Positions 1-10,810 of a stretch of DNA of 64,000 nucleotides are shown here, piece after piece. Location of the stretch: IMG/VR virus record IMGVR_UViG_3300031787_000001, positions 1 through 64,000 of that record; one strand, 5' to 3'. The notes below the pieces were generated by a model, which worked only from the letters and a program-made list of their open reading frames with translations, did not search any database and was not told the DNA's origin. Position 1 is the first letter of the stretch. Each line of letters begins with the position of its first letter. A program made the translations under genes and the position numbers.

Positions 1-3000
1 TTTTAGGGTTTATAAATTTAGCATTTGCGGTAATAATTTTAGATCCACTAATAACATTAGGTGTTTGAAATCTAGTACCATAAAAATATGAAGTACTACT
101 ACTATCTTTTATTTCACCCCATAATAATGGTTTTGGTTTAGGATCTGTTTTAATGTTATTGATAACACCCATTGTCATATCATCATCAATTTTATATATC
201 CCTCCACCCATTTTAACTACCGCCGCTCTTAACCATTCATAATTCTTATCAGGAGATGAATAGTTTTTATTTTCAATTAATTGTATATATTTTTCACCAG
301 TTGTTTTATTATCACTAAATCCATTATACGGTACACCAAAAATATTAACACCCGACCTGTGTACTAATGTTTCACCATTAAATGATTTACCAGATAAGTC
401 TACTGTCACTGTCCTTCCATCTTGTACTGTTAATGATATTTCACTTTCAGGTCTCTTTATTAATGATTCTTTAACCTTTATTTGTGCTTTATTTACTATG
501 GACTCAAATAAAGGTCTATAGGTTGCCATAGTGGCCTCTTTTGGATCAGGTAAAGACGCGTATGGTATTCTTGTTCCCGTAAAATTTGTTGTTATATTAT
601 TATTTCTTATAGAATGTGTAACCTCCGTAATCCAATACGTACCTTTAAACATTGGAATATTTTTAAGATAAAAATACATTGTTGGTTGTATCATGACGTT
701 ACCCATAGAACTAACTTGACATGTATATGAAGATTGTCTGTATATGTCATATAACCCAATATCTACTTGATATGCATTTGCACCTGATTCAGATCTACCT
801 AAATTTTCCATTGCAATAAATGATTCGGTAGTATTTTTTAATGATGATTGGTCAAGTTGTACTCCTTTAAAAATGCCTTGATTTTGATCACCAAAACTTA
901 CCTCGAATGCAACGACTCTATTTGATTTTGATAATTCAGCATTATCAAATACAGCAGGTGCGGTTATTATTAATGGATTTCTATTTTGATCTTGTATATT
1001 AAAACTGTCATCAATAAATTTATAATCTTTATTATATTTGTTAAGATCCAAATGTTTTGATGTTGGTCCAGTATATTGTAAAATTACTTTGGGTGACGAT
1101 TCTTGATAATCAACTTCTAAAAACGTACCAAACAAATTTTTGGCTAATTTTTTGGAAGGAATCAATTTAACTTTATTACTATAATTTGCACCATAAAAAT
1201 TTATATATGAGGGAAGTACTCTCATATCAAATCCGGTACCTTGTATTAAAACAGAAATAACACTGTATAAATTTAATTTTTGATTTTTTGTGTCACCTAA
1301 TGGTATTAATTTTTGTATATTAAAATACGCATCAGAACCAATATCTTTGTTTGCCTTATCTAAAAATAAAAATTCTTCAAATAATAATCTTTGACCGATT
1401 GAATTACCTCCAATCCACTTATCATTAAATGACTTGAAAAAATTATATGTTTCTAGTTTTAATATTTCATCACCAAAACCACTAACTGGTGTCATTCTTT
1501 GTGCATCTGTTGTTTTTGTTAACTTACTAAACTGTGAAATTAAATTTTGTAAAAATTCGGTATGTCTTTTTGTTAAAGTTGTTGTTGAATCAATTACTAA
1601 AACATTTTTTCTAATATAATCTATAAAATCAGGTTTAGTTGGTGATGCGGTGTTTAAATAATGTCCAGCAAATATTTGTGCTAACGATCTAAACTGAATT
1701 ACATTGTCCTCACTTAACTCAATATCATTTGTTGCAAAAAATTGTAAATATTTATTATCAATATCTTCACCTAAATAAAGATCAATATATTTTGAATTGG
1801 GCGATACTTGAGCAATATTAAATGTATTATAACTAAATGTACTTCCAGAATTTATATTTGCAAACCCATTAACAACATATGAATCAATTTCTTTAGGGTT
1901 TCCGTTTGTAAATTTTATTAAATTATCTTTACTTAATAATTTTGTATGTATGTTCTGTATCTTGTCTTTTTGTCTATTTTTTATATCAATAATAATTTGA
2001 TCTGTTCTACCAGTATCTGTTGATATTTTTTCTACACTACACAAATCTTTTAAAATAGATTGAAACTTATCATAAAAAACACTTTCAAATTTTTTATAAG
2101 GTAATTCTTCTTTTACTGTCGACGTTGCAAAATTTATGAACATTTCTTCCATTTCGTTCAGAATATCTGGATTAAATGTTGCAATTAAATCGATAACTTT
2201 TCTATAGTTTGTGTCCATAGAAAATATATTATCATTAGTTGTGGAACCACTATTATAATTTCTGGTATATTGGTATGGGGAAGCAAATGTTAATCCACTA
2301 AAATTTTTAAATAAACCCTCATCCTCCCAAATTATTCTTGTGTATTTTTGTTCTTGTTCAAAAAAATTATTTTGTGGTATATATGAATTACCCCCATCTG
2401 ATGGTAATACAGTAAATCTGAGATCTTTCGGGTCGTATTTGGAATTATCAACAAATGTTGTCCAATATCTCATTCCGTTTGTCACAACTCGAGCATTACC
2501 TATAATCCCACCTGCAACAACATTTACATCAAAAGAAGGACTACCTGAAAATACATCATAATGATTATAACCATTAACTACTTGGTGAAATATAGCATCA
2601 TAATATGGATGAATACCTACATCAGAATTATTAGAATATGTCACACCACTACCATTTAATGTAAATGTAAATCCAGAATTATTATCAAAAAACTCACTAC
2701 CATTAAAATTTGTGGTTATATTTGATGTACTTAAAAAACCATCTAATATATCATTATTGTCTAAAATTTTCTTTTTATATCTGTGATATATTGATCCCCA
2801 TTTTAATAGTAAATGATATGGTATAAAATGTGTTGAACCTATTTCTCTAAATAAAGAAGATACTTTTATGTTATTTGAAAATCTATCTTCCAAATCTTTA
2901 AAAGGTAATGAATTAAGTAATAAATATGCAGAACCCACATACTTACCAACTCTTCCTGATTTGAAGAAATCGGAATATAATTGTTTGTGGAAATATGGTG

Positions 3001-5614
3001 TATTTAAAATATTGACTTTAGTATCTAAACCGAATGTTTGTACCGTACCAGGTACTGGTACTGTAGTGGTACCTAAATACAATTTATTTGAAAATATATT
3101 ATTCTTAAAATTATCTTTAACCCATAATTCGGGATTCACCTCTGTTGAAATAAATCCTTCCGATGTATTGACTTTTAAAGTGTTACCAAATTTAAACTCA
3201 TTATCAGTAAAACTATTTTGTTTTAAATAAGACAAATATGTTTTTGAATTAAATGGATATATTTCTGTTCTATATGTATCTGACTGATATCTTAATAAAT
3301 CATCACTTAATTTAACATATAAAGAATCATTATTAACAGGTTTAGGGTTAGTATTATTATTAGAATTCCTGTTAGGGTCGTAATATTGTTCAAAAATGTG
3401 TGGACTATCTATTATGCTAGAAATATAACCTACTGTTGGTAGTCTATCAACGTAATATGGATATCTATCAAATGGTGATAGACTTCTCATTAAGTTTAAT
3501 AAGTCAGGAAAACTTTTAACACTGTCTCTTAATATATCAATAACATCATTGTCATGTTTTATCGACTCGCTTAAGTTTTCAAATTCAAAATTAGATAATT
3601 CTCTTATTGTATTTGAATTAAAAGAATCAAATAATGTTATATAATATGATCTTTCAAATATTTCATATAATATAGAAACTAATGTTTTTTCTGTATAAGG
3701 AATTACACCTAAAGATTTACCAAAACCATTTATTAGTGTGTCAAGTGTACTTATCTTTTTTATTTTACCCTCATCTAAATTATCTTCAAAAACGTAATCT
3801 ATTTTACCAATACCACCTTCCTTTTCTGATAATGGGTCATATTTTTTAGTTGTTACCGCAATATAGTCTTCAACAAAATCAATTTCTGGCCACAATTTCT
3901 TATCATTAGTTTTCAATTTTTGTAATAGATCTTTATCACCAGGATATGCCACTACTTTACTTTTACTACCTGAACCTGTACTTTTTTTAACTTCCGGCCA
4001 AGGATATACCGCACCACCACCAGGTGTTTCATCGGAAAATCCGACTAATAAATTTTTTCTAGTTTCGGCATCTTGAAATGCCTTATTATGTGTATCTTTT
4101 AATAGTCTAATGTAAACTTCTGCATTAGCAAGAACCACAGCAAATATGTTTCTTATTGTTGGTTCAAACCCAATACCCTTTTTAGGGTCTCTTAAAATTG
4201 TATTTATTTCTTTTTCAACATCTTTTTGTAGTGCATCTTTTTGTTTTAAAAATTCATTTACCATTTTTTTATAATCCTCACCAAGTAAATCAATATTCAA
4301 CCCAACTTGTTTGTCTTTATAACCAATATAATCATCGATATTTTTAATATCGTTACTTTTCTTTAATTTAGTAAAATCACTACTTGTCTTGTTTATTACA
4401 TTATTGGCAAATAAATTAGTTTTAGATAAAAGTTCTTTATACCTATTTAAACCCTTTTCAAGAGTATCGTCTGAATCTCCTTTTATTTTTGATTTATCTG
4501 TTTTATCGGATATATTTAATAAATAAAATAATTCATCCCCCCTTGTTCCGCCAGTGAAACTAACAGTAGATAAATTTTTCTTTGTCCATATGTTTATGTA
4601 TTCACCTAATTTTGATAAACCATCTTCATATTCAACTATACCTGCGAAAACCTTAAAATCTACTTTTTGAAATATTTCGTTTTCCAGTATTTTATCTAAA
4701 CTTTCTGAAATTGTAATAAGTTCTTTAAGTGTTTTTACGGGAAAATTTGGATCAATTAATTTTTTTTGTTTTAGTTCATTATAAACAGATCTTAAAATTG
4801 CATATCCTCTAGATGATTTTGAAATCTTTTTTTCAAAAGTACCACTACCTTCATTAAATGTTGGTCTTGTACTATTTTCAACTCTAAACATATAAGGACA
4901 ATTTAACATACCATTTAATGGTATATCAGAAATGTGTGCAAATGTTGCACCAACGAATGTTGCCATACTTTCAAAATTACCAGACCCTTCGTTAAATTTT
5001 GTTGTAAATTTTACTAAATGTAATCTATATCTAATTGCCTTCCCATAATAACCTTTAACTGTCAAATAAAATATCGGCCAAGGTAAATGAAAAAATGCTT
5101 TATATGGTGAGTTTTCGGGAGACTCAAATAATGTTTTACCTCTAACATCTATAAAGTTTATTGTAACTTGTGGAATTGAGTTCAAACCTTTGGTTGTTAT
5201 TGTTATACTATCAATACCAAAACTTTGTCCGGTTCCATCCGATTGAAAAAATTCACCAGTACCTACATTTATTTTATTACCATTTATGTCGGTACTTTTT
5301 TTTGTAATTTCTGTTTTTTCTAAAAATGCATTTGTCCATGACGTATCAAAATCATCACCATTTTGATTTCTTAAAAAATTAAGAGTACCTTTTGCTATAG
5401 ATATTAAAGTATTTTTATCATTACTAGAAACTAAAATAGATCTGGGAATAATATCCGCCTCCAAATTAACATACATCATCAAATTTTCAGGACGAATAGA
5501 TCTAGGTTCTATTTCACCATCCACAACAACACTGTTAGGGTCGACATAAATTAAATTATTTACATCTGATTTAACAAGAATGTCCTCACTATTTGAAATA
5601 TCTTTATTCCCCAT
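1..5614 (-). CDS. Giant baseplate hub-like virion protein (>1870 aa), partial; the 3' end lies beyond the left edge of the window
   Basis: ATG at 5614 (MGNKDISNSEDILVKSDVNNLIYVDPNS...) overlaps the end of the upstream gene. The same frame reads through at about 690 (QVSSMGNVMIQPTMYFYLKNIPMFKGTYWITEVTHSIRNNNITTNFTGTR, resembling a gp27/gpD-type hub C-terminus) and at the window edge. It is absent from the ORF track, consistent with no in-window stop. Confidence 0.8.
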   Translation of the reverse strand, partial: MGNKDISNSEDILVKSDVNNLIYVDPNSVVVDGEIEPRSIRPENLMMYVNLEADIIPRSILVSSNDKNTLISIAKGTLNFLRNQNGDDFDTSWTNAFLEKTEITKKSTDINGNKINVGTGEFFQSDGTGQSFGIDSITITTKGLNSIPQVTINFIDVRGKTLFESPENSPYKAFFHLPWPIFYLTVKGYYGKAIRYRLHLVKFTTKFNEGSGNFESMATFVGATFAHISDIPLNGMLNCPYMFRVENSTRPTFNEGSGTFEKKISKSSRGYAILRSVYNELKQKKLIDPNFPVKTLKELITISESLDKILENEIFQKVDFKVFAGIVEYEDGLSKLGEYINIWTKKNLSTVSFTGGTRGDELFYLLNISDKTDKSKIKGDSDDTLEKGLNRYKELLSKTNLFANNVINKTSSDFTKLKKSNDIKNIDDYIGYKDKQVGLNIDLLGEDYKKMVNEFLKQKDALQKDVEKEINTILRDPKKGIGFEPTIRNIFAVVLANAEVYIRLLKDTHNKAFQDAETRKNLLVGFSDETPGGGAVYPWPEVKKSTGSGSKSKVVAYPGDKDLLQKLKTNDKKLWPEIDFVEDYIAVTTKKYDPLSEKEGGIGKIDYVFEDNLDEGKIKKISTLDTLINGFGKSLGVIPYTEKTLVSILYEIFERSYYITLFDSFNSNTIRELSNFEFENLSESIKHDNDVIDILRDSVKSFPDLLNLMRSLSPFDRYPYYVDRLPTVGYISSIIDSPHIFEQYYDPNRNSNNNTNPKPVNNDSLYVKLSDDLLRYQSDTYRTEIYPFNSKTYLSYLKQNSFTDNEFKFGNTLKVNTSEGFISTEVNPELWVKDNFKNNIFSNKLYLGTTTVPVPGTVQTFGLDTKVNILNTPYFHKQLYSDFFKSGRVGKYVGSAYLLLNSLPFKDLEDRFSNNIKVSSLFREIGSTHFIPYHLLLKWGSIYHRYKKKILDNNDILDGFLSTSNITTNFNGSEFFDNNSGFTFTLNGSGVTYSNNSDVGIHPYYDAIFHQVVNGYNHYDVFSGSPSFDVNVVAGGIIGNARVVTNGMRYWTTFVDNSKYDPKDLRFTVLPSDGGNSYIPQNNFFEQEQKYTRIIWEDEGLFKNFSGLTFASPYQYTRNYNSGSTTNDNIFSMDTNYRKVIDLIATFNPDILNEMEEMFINFATSTVKEELPYKKFESVFYDKFQSILKDLCSVEKISTDTGRTDQIIIDIKNRQKDKIQNIHTKLLSKDNLIKFTNGNPKEIDSYVVNGFANINSGSTFSYNTFNIAQVSPNSKYIDLYLGEDIDNKYLQFFATNDIELSEDNVIQFRSLAQIFAGHYLNTASPTKPDFIDYIRKNVLVIDSTTTLTKRHTEFLQNLISQFSKLTKTTDAQRMTPVSGFGDEILKLETYNFFKSFNDKWIGGNSIGQRLLFEEFLFLDKANKDIGSDAYFNIQKLIPLGDTKNQKLNLYSVISVLIQGTGFDMRVLPSYINFYGANYSNKVKLIPSKKLAKNLFGTFLEVDYQESSPKVILQYTGPTSKHLDLNKYNKDYKFIDDSFNIQDQNRNPLIITAPAVFDNAELSKSNRVVAFEVSFGDQNQGIFKGVQLDQSSLKNTTESFIAMENLGRSESGANAYQVDIGLYDIYRQSSYTCQVSSMGNVMIQPTMYFYLKNIPMFKGTYWITEVTHSIRNNNITTNFTGTRIPYASLPDPKEATMATYRPLFESIVNKAQIKVKESLIKRPESEISLTVQDGRTVTVDLSGKSFNGETLVHRSGVNIFGVPYNGFSDNKTTGEKYIQLIENKNYSSPDKNYEWLRAAVVKMGGGIYKIDDDMTMGVINNIKTDPKPKPLLWGEIKDSSSTSYFYGTRFQTPNVISGSKIITANAKFINPK

Positions 5615-5927
5615 AATATAATTTATACAATTCTACGTTTCTTTTGTAATCTTGTAAAGAGGTAACTAGTGGAAATGGTACTCTAACTACAAAATTATCA
5701 GGTATTTCGAATTCAATACTACCCGCTAATGGGTTGGCCAATAATATTAACCACCCGAAGACAGGAGTACCATAATATTGATCTGAAATTTTATCTAATC
5801 TAGTTTGATTTTTTTTAAAAAAAACATACTTATCTGTCTTTTTTATAGGTATTTCTATGCCAGGTACTATTCTAAACTCACCATCAATAAGAAATTCGTC
5901 ATATCTATCATAATAACTTCTACTCAT
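5604..5927 (-). CDS. LysM-like baseplate wedge / tail protein X-like (T4 gp53 / P2 gpX type)
   Basis: RLDKISDQYYGTPVFGWLILLANP is the typical LysM-like baseplate motif; the gene lies between large baseplate genes. Confidence 0.7.
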   Translation of the reverse strand: MSRSYYDRYDEFLIDGEFRIVPGIEIPIKKTDKYVFFKKNQTRLDKISDQYYGTPVFGWLILLANPLAGSIEFEIPDNFVVRVPFPLVTSLQDYKRNVELYKLYYGE

Positions 5928-8900
5928 TTCTAAAATAATTTAGTTTTTTATCTACAGGTTGTTTTGTAGAATTTATTTTTGTAAGTATATCTTTTTCATT
6001 GGTGTCGGTAATATCTGATTGTGTACCTGTTTTAAACTTAATTTTTAATGTGTCTTTTCTTTTTGGGTATTTTTTTAATTTAAATTTAATATCATCAGGT
6101 TTTTCTAAAAATTTATCTAACGACTTGGATAATTTTTCTTTTTCAACATTAGGTCTGAAAACAAGTACATCAGTATATTGATTTAATATATTATTTTTAT
6201 AATCACTTAATAAATTTGAAATCATTTTTATAACTTGTGCGTCTGTTATTGATTGTGGATTATTAAAATTAACTGTGTTAGAAATTTTATTAGTTAATCT
6301 TACATGGTTATCACTAATATAATCAACGCACGATGAATATTTGTCCAATAAAATATCATATGTAAATCCAGATAAATCAACCTTTGTGAATTTTTCATTT
6401 TCTATTTTTCCATCATGTATATAATAGATTAAATAGTTTAACCCATCTAATGTTTTTATAATTTCATTTCTAGCCAATATTAGATCTTTTTCAATTGCCC
6501 CAAATTTTTCTGGAATTTCATCAAATATTTTTTTAATTTCTGAACTTAAATATGGTTTTAAAATTTGATCTGAATTTGGGACTTTAGCATCCGGTATTTT
6601 TGCGTCTAATAGGTCTTTTGTTAAACTTGGTATTTTATTTTCAATAACATCAACAAATCTTTCTCTAACGTCTCTCAATATTATTGGTAATTCTTTACTT
6701 TTTTTGTATTCACCTACTAAATCTAAAACAACAGTTTGAGCACCATTTGGTTGTGTATAAACATCATATTTTGTTATTGGTCTATATGTTTCAGAAAAGA
6801 ATAAACTTGTAATATCTTCACCATATTTTAATAAAGATGTGTTATAAGCACTCTTATATTTTTCAAAATAATTCTCAACTTGTTTAAATAATCCGTTGAC
6901 TAAATCATCGTAACTTATTTCTTCACCTTCAGGTTTACCTATAAATTTACCATTAACAATATTATTTCCATTATTAACATCGTCTTGTCTTTCAGGTGTT
7001 TTTGGTGCGTTTTTTTGTATCTTTTCTAAAAAATCTTTTGTAAACTGTTCCGCATCAACACCAGCAATTTTTGTATTTGTTGGTATGGATCTCTCATCGT
7101 ACATTTCGGTATTAGCATAAAAATTAGATGATAGTGCGTTCTGTAATTTTTCAACTGGTTTTTCTAATCCATGTCCACCAATGAAACTTAATTGTAATGT
7201 GACAGACGCAATCATCGGTTGTACACCAATACCTTCAGGATTAAAATCCCAAACAGCATCATCAAAATTTATACTTATATCTTTTATGGCAACTTTTGAA
7301 TGATAAAAATCCCCAATTCTTATTATACAAATTGGTGGTGGTCCAAATGTTGTGTTTCTGGCATTTAAATCGGCTTCATCTGATAATCCTTTTATTGGTA
7401 ATGTGTCGCCAGGTCTAATACATTGATGTAAAAATGTTAATCTAGCATTTAAACCTTCCGGTGTCATTGAATGAAATGCGGGATGAAAATATTTTAATTT
7501 TTCTTTTAAAGATGAAAATTGTATTGGTGAATCCTCCTCTAATTTTTTGAAATAAAAACACTCCGATAATGTTTTCATTATCAATCTTTTCATAACATCA
7601 ATAGGTGGTTTCTTTATTTCTTTTTTAATTTCAATTTTACCATCTTCTTCTAATGATGTCTTTGGTAAAACAGGTGGATTTGGTGGTGGTGGAGGTGGTG
7701 TTGGTTGTACCTGTTGTTTAATATATCCTATCTTTACTTTTGATTGTCTACAATTAACCGCAACTGGTGCTACAACATCTAATTTTTCACCTGCAGATAC
7801 ATTTAGCGGATATAAAAAATCTTGTGTTGTACACGAAACACTAGATCCATTTTCTTCTACATTACCATATTCACCATAGTTTGTTACTTTTATTTTAAAT
7901 TTACCATCTATCTCGTATCCAATGTCTCTAAATGTAACAATATCATTAACCCATTGTATTGGGGACTTAGTGTCTTTAATATTATTGGTGGTTGGATCTG
8001 TTGGAAATACATATTTTAATCTTGTTGTTCTAAACTTTTCCATATCAAACGAAGGATCATTTGCTATTTTTTCAAAAATGTCCTTTAAGATTGAATATGT
8101 TCTTCTAAAAGATAAATTAAGGTTATATTCATTATTTGTTAACGCGGATGTTGATGATCCTATTTCAATTGTAACTTCTTGTACCGTACCTCCAGATATG
8201 TCTACTTTTAATTGATCAATTGTTTTTCTATATGTACTATAATTCTCATCTAATTTACTAAAAATATCTGTTAATCTATTTAAAGATATTTGTATTAAAC
8301 TACTTTTACTTGTACCTCTAACATCTGTCTTACCATATAATAATTTTATATCGTTTAACATGTTTTTATCAGGATTTGTTGTTGCACTATATGCGGTTAA
8401 CAAAAGATTTAAATTTTTTTGTAAAGCATTTTTCTGTTTGTCATAATCTCCAGTTTGTTGTGTGGGTGACGATCCTTTATAATAAGAATATGCAGTTTCA
8501 TAACTTTCCGCAGTTATATAATTCTTAGTACTCATTTTTGGATAATCGTTCTCAAATTTTAGATTAACATCTAAATTAATATTTTGTGGTTGAGTACCTC
8601 CACCGCTAGGTGATGTGTTTGGTTCATCTTGTTTAATATCTTCAGTTACTACTTTATATTTTTGTATTAATTCAGTTGATACACCCGCATTCAAATATCT
8701 TTGAATTAGTTTTATATCATCTTCATTTAATGTTGCGTACTTTTTAACTAAATCATATAAGTCAACATCTTGACATCCAGCAAAAAAGGCATTTATATAA
8801 TTGTCCGCCTCTTCATCTGACATATCCTTAAAGACTTCTCTAACCAATAAGTTCATTATACTTGGATGGTCGACAATTACTTTAAATGAAATTGTACCTG

Positions 8901-10773
8901 ATCTTGATGTATTTTGATAAGTATAGATTGGTTCAGGTCTACCTAAAAATAAGTTTTCTTCCCATCTTGCATTGTTTGTTTCATTTACTTTTAAATCATA
9001 TGGTGGAAACCACATAACTCTACCACCGTTTGGTCCTCTTTCGCAATATGGTAAATCTTGAACTGTAAATCCTTCTCTATTAGATGTTTTCCATGCCAAG
9101 TTCTCAATTGAAAACATATATTTTTTAGCATAAAATCCACCACCATACGGGTAATTTGGAAATATATTTGACGATCCTTCAAAACTTTTATTACCATCGG
9201 ACATAGGTGCAATATTCAAATTATAAGGTGTTGTTAAAACACTACCTTCAAATTTTCTAATATTAGTCCCTCTTTTCATGGTATCTGACCTTGTCATGTA
9301 TGGTCTATCTTTTGTCCACACTCTACAATACTCAACACCACTTTCTTCTCCTGTAAATTTATCTGTATATTTAACTGCAGAACCTCTAGATATTCTAATA
9401 TCACCTTCACCAAAAACTCTACTTGTTTGGTCAATAACATTTGCCACATGTGAACGGGCTTCACCACCATTTGTTGGTAATGTATTTAATAGTTCTTGTG
9501 TTACTCCTAAAATAGAATCTTCTCTAAAATCAAAACCACTCGATAGAGACTGATCGTAATTTGATTTTTGTAAATTAAAAAACTCGTTGTTCGCACCTAT
9601 TTTATTTTTTGAATTTTTACTTATCCAAGTTAATTTATTTGAAATCTGTCCTCCCTCACCGATATTTTTTGTTCTTTGAAATAGAGTTGCTTGTATCTCA
9701 TCAAACATTAAAGTTAAATAAAAATTACTTTTAACAGGTCTATCATTAAAATCACTCATCGCGTATTTTACATCATTTCCTCTGTCATCACCGATATATG
9801 CGATACCTGCCGGTGCTTCAACACCTAAAACATTTTTAACACCTTGTGCAACATTATCAACAAAATTAAATAATTTAGATGAATTTTGTGATCTTGCTGT
9901 TGTGGTATAATTTGGTGCATATTTTGAAAAAGATAAGTTGTCAAATAATCTTTGTTTCTGACCCTGACCCATATACTCAATAAAAAGATCAGAAGGTTTC
10001 CTGTCTCTTTGTGGTCTTCTTTGAATACCGATTAAAGAACCTAAAGCACCTGTGACATCCTGAAGTATCGCACCTAATTCAGTTCTTGTATCAGGTCTAA
10101 CATTTACAGGATTCGCCGGATTACTTAAATAATCACCAGGTATTTCTGTAAATGGGAATTCCACACCGGCAACAGATTGTAAAAAATCAATGGCTTTACC
10201 GGGTAATGTTTTTGCAACAGTAATTTGATAGTTTGGATCAACTAACGGTTCTCTACCTGTTATTAGATTTATTGCTGTGGTATTATTACCTCTTATTGCA
10301 TCTAATAATCTAACCCTACCTTCTGTTACTCTTTTAAGATTTTGTTCTATTCTAGAATACACGGGACCCTTTTGATCTTTATCCCTAATATATGATGCCG
10401 CAAATTTAAATAATTCAGATTCATTATCGTAATTTGATGTGGTCATTATACCAACTAAATTATAGTTACCACTTCTAAAATATGGTGTTCCATTATAATA
10501 TAATAATAAATTTGCTCTTCTTGGAATTGTATCTATCCTATCTTTAACAAAATATTGTAACGGTTTAAATGTGTTAGAATTTTGATGTTGTTGTAAATCA
10601 TTTGCTCTATTTGTATCTACCGCACCCGGATCTACATTTGAAAAATCACTTAGATTTTGTACTGTATAGTTACTTGCATTAAATGTCTGTGGACCATTTG
10701 GTTGTTGTAGTGTTCTAACAATTAACGCATCCCTAAATGTTCTTGTTGTATTAAAATCTAAATATGTTGGCAT
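5920..10773 (-). CDS. 1617-aa baseplate / tail-tube-initiator-like protein with two tube-fold-like segments and an OmpA-C-like segment
   Basis: Follows the tape measure gene. Segments FPPYDLKVNETNNARWEENLFLGRPEPIYTYQNTSRSGTISFKVIVD and PPICIIRIGDFYHSKVAIKDISINFDD...PMIASVTLQLSF resemble gp48/gp54/CIS-tube folds; IEIGSSTS...YNLNLSFRRTYSI resembles OmpA-C. Confidence 0.55.
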   Translation of the reverse strand: MPTYLDFNTTRTFRDALIVRTLQQPNGPQTFNASNYTVQNLSDFSNVDPGAVDTNRANDLQQHQNSNTFKPLQYFVKDRIDTIPRRANLLLYYNGTPYFRSGNYNLVGIMTTSNYDNESELFKFAASYIRDKDQKGPVYSRIEQNLKRVTEGRVRLLDAIRGNNTTAINLITGREPLVDPNYQITVAKTLPGKAIDFLQSVAGVEFPFTEIPGDYLSNPANPVNVRPDTRTELGAILQDVTGALGSLIGIQRRPQRDRKPSDLFIEYMGQGQKQRLFDNLSFSKYAPNYTTTARSQNSSKLFNFVDNVAQGVKNVLGVEAPAGIAYIGDDRGNDVKYAMSDFNDRPVKSNFYLTLMFDEIQATLFQRTKNIGEGGQISNKLTWISKNSKNKIGANNEFFNLQKSNYDQSLSSGFDFREDSILGVTQELLNTLPTNGGEARSHVANVIDQTSRVFGEGDIRISRGSAVKYTDKFTGEESGVEYCRVWTKDRPYMTRSDTMKRGTNIRKFEGSVLTTPYNLNIAPMSDGNKSFEGSSNIFPNYPYGGGFYAKKYMFSIENLAWKTSNREGFTVQDLPYCERGPNGGRVMWFPPYDLKVNETNNARWEENLFLGRPEPIYTYQNTSRSGTISFKVIVDHPSIMNLLVREVFKDMSDEEADNYINAFFAGCQDVDLYDLVKKYATLNEDDIKLIQRYLNAGVSTELIQKYKVVTEDIKQDEPNTSPSGGGTQPQNINLDVNLKFENDYPKMSTKNYITAESYETAYSYYKGSSPTQQTGDYDKQKNALQKNLNLLLTAYSATTNPDKNMLNDIKLLYGKTDVRGTSKSSLIQISLNRLTDIFSKLDENYSTYRKTIDQLKVDISGGTVQEVTIEIGSSTSALTNNEYNLNLSFRRTYSILKDIFEKIANDPSFDMEKFRTTRLKYVFPTDPTTNNIKDTKSPIQWVNDIVTFRDIGYEIDGKFKIKVTNYGEYGNVEENGSSVSCTTQDFLYPLNVSAGEKLDVVAPVAVNCRQSKVKIGYIKQQVQPTPPPPPPNPPVLPKTSLEEDGKIEIKKEIKKPPIDVMKRLIMKTLSECFYFKKLEEDSPIQFSSLKEKLKYFHPAFHSMTPEGLNARLTFLHQCIRPGDTLPIKGLSDEADLNARNTTFGPPPICIIRIGDFYHSKVAIKDISINFDDAVWDFNPEGIGVQPMIASVTLQLSFIGGHGLEKPVEKLQNALSSNFYANTEMYDERSIPTNTKIAGVDAEQFTKDFLEKIQKNAPKTPERQDDVNNGNNIVNGKFIGKPEGEEISYDDLVNGLFKQVENYFEKYKSAYNTSLLKYGEDITSLFFSETYRPITKYDVYTQPNGAQTVVLDLVGEYKKSKELPIILRDVRERFVDVIENKIPSLTKDLLDAKIPDAKVPNSDQILKPYLSSEIKKIFDEIPEKFGAIEKDLILARNEIIKTLDGLNYLIYYIHDGKIENEKFTKVDLSGFTYDILLDKYSSCVDYISDNHVRLTNKISNTVNFNNPQSITDAQVIKMISNLLSDYKNNILNQYTDVLVFRPNVEKEKLSKSLDKFLEKPDDIKFKLKKYPKRKDTLKIKFKTGTQSDITDTNEKDILTKINSTKQPVDKKLNYFRNE

Positions 10774-10810
10774 CTATAATTTATATTATAAATAGGTTTT
10801 AATTAAAAAA

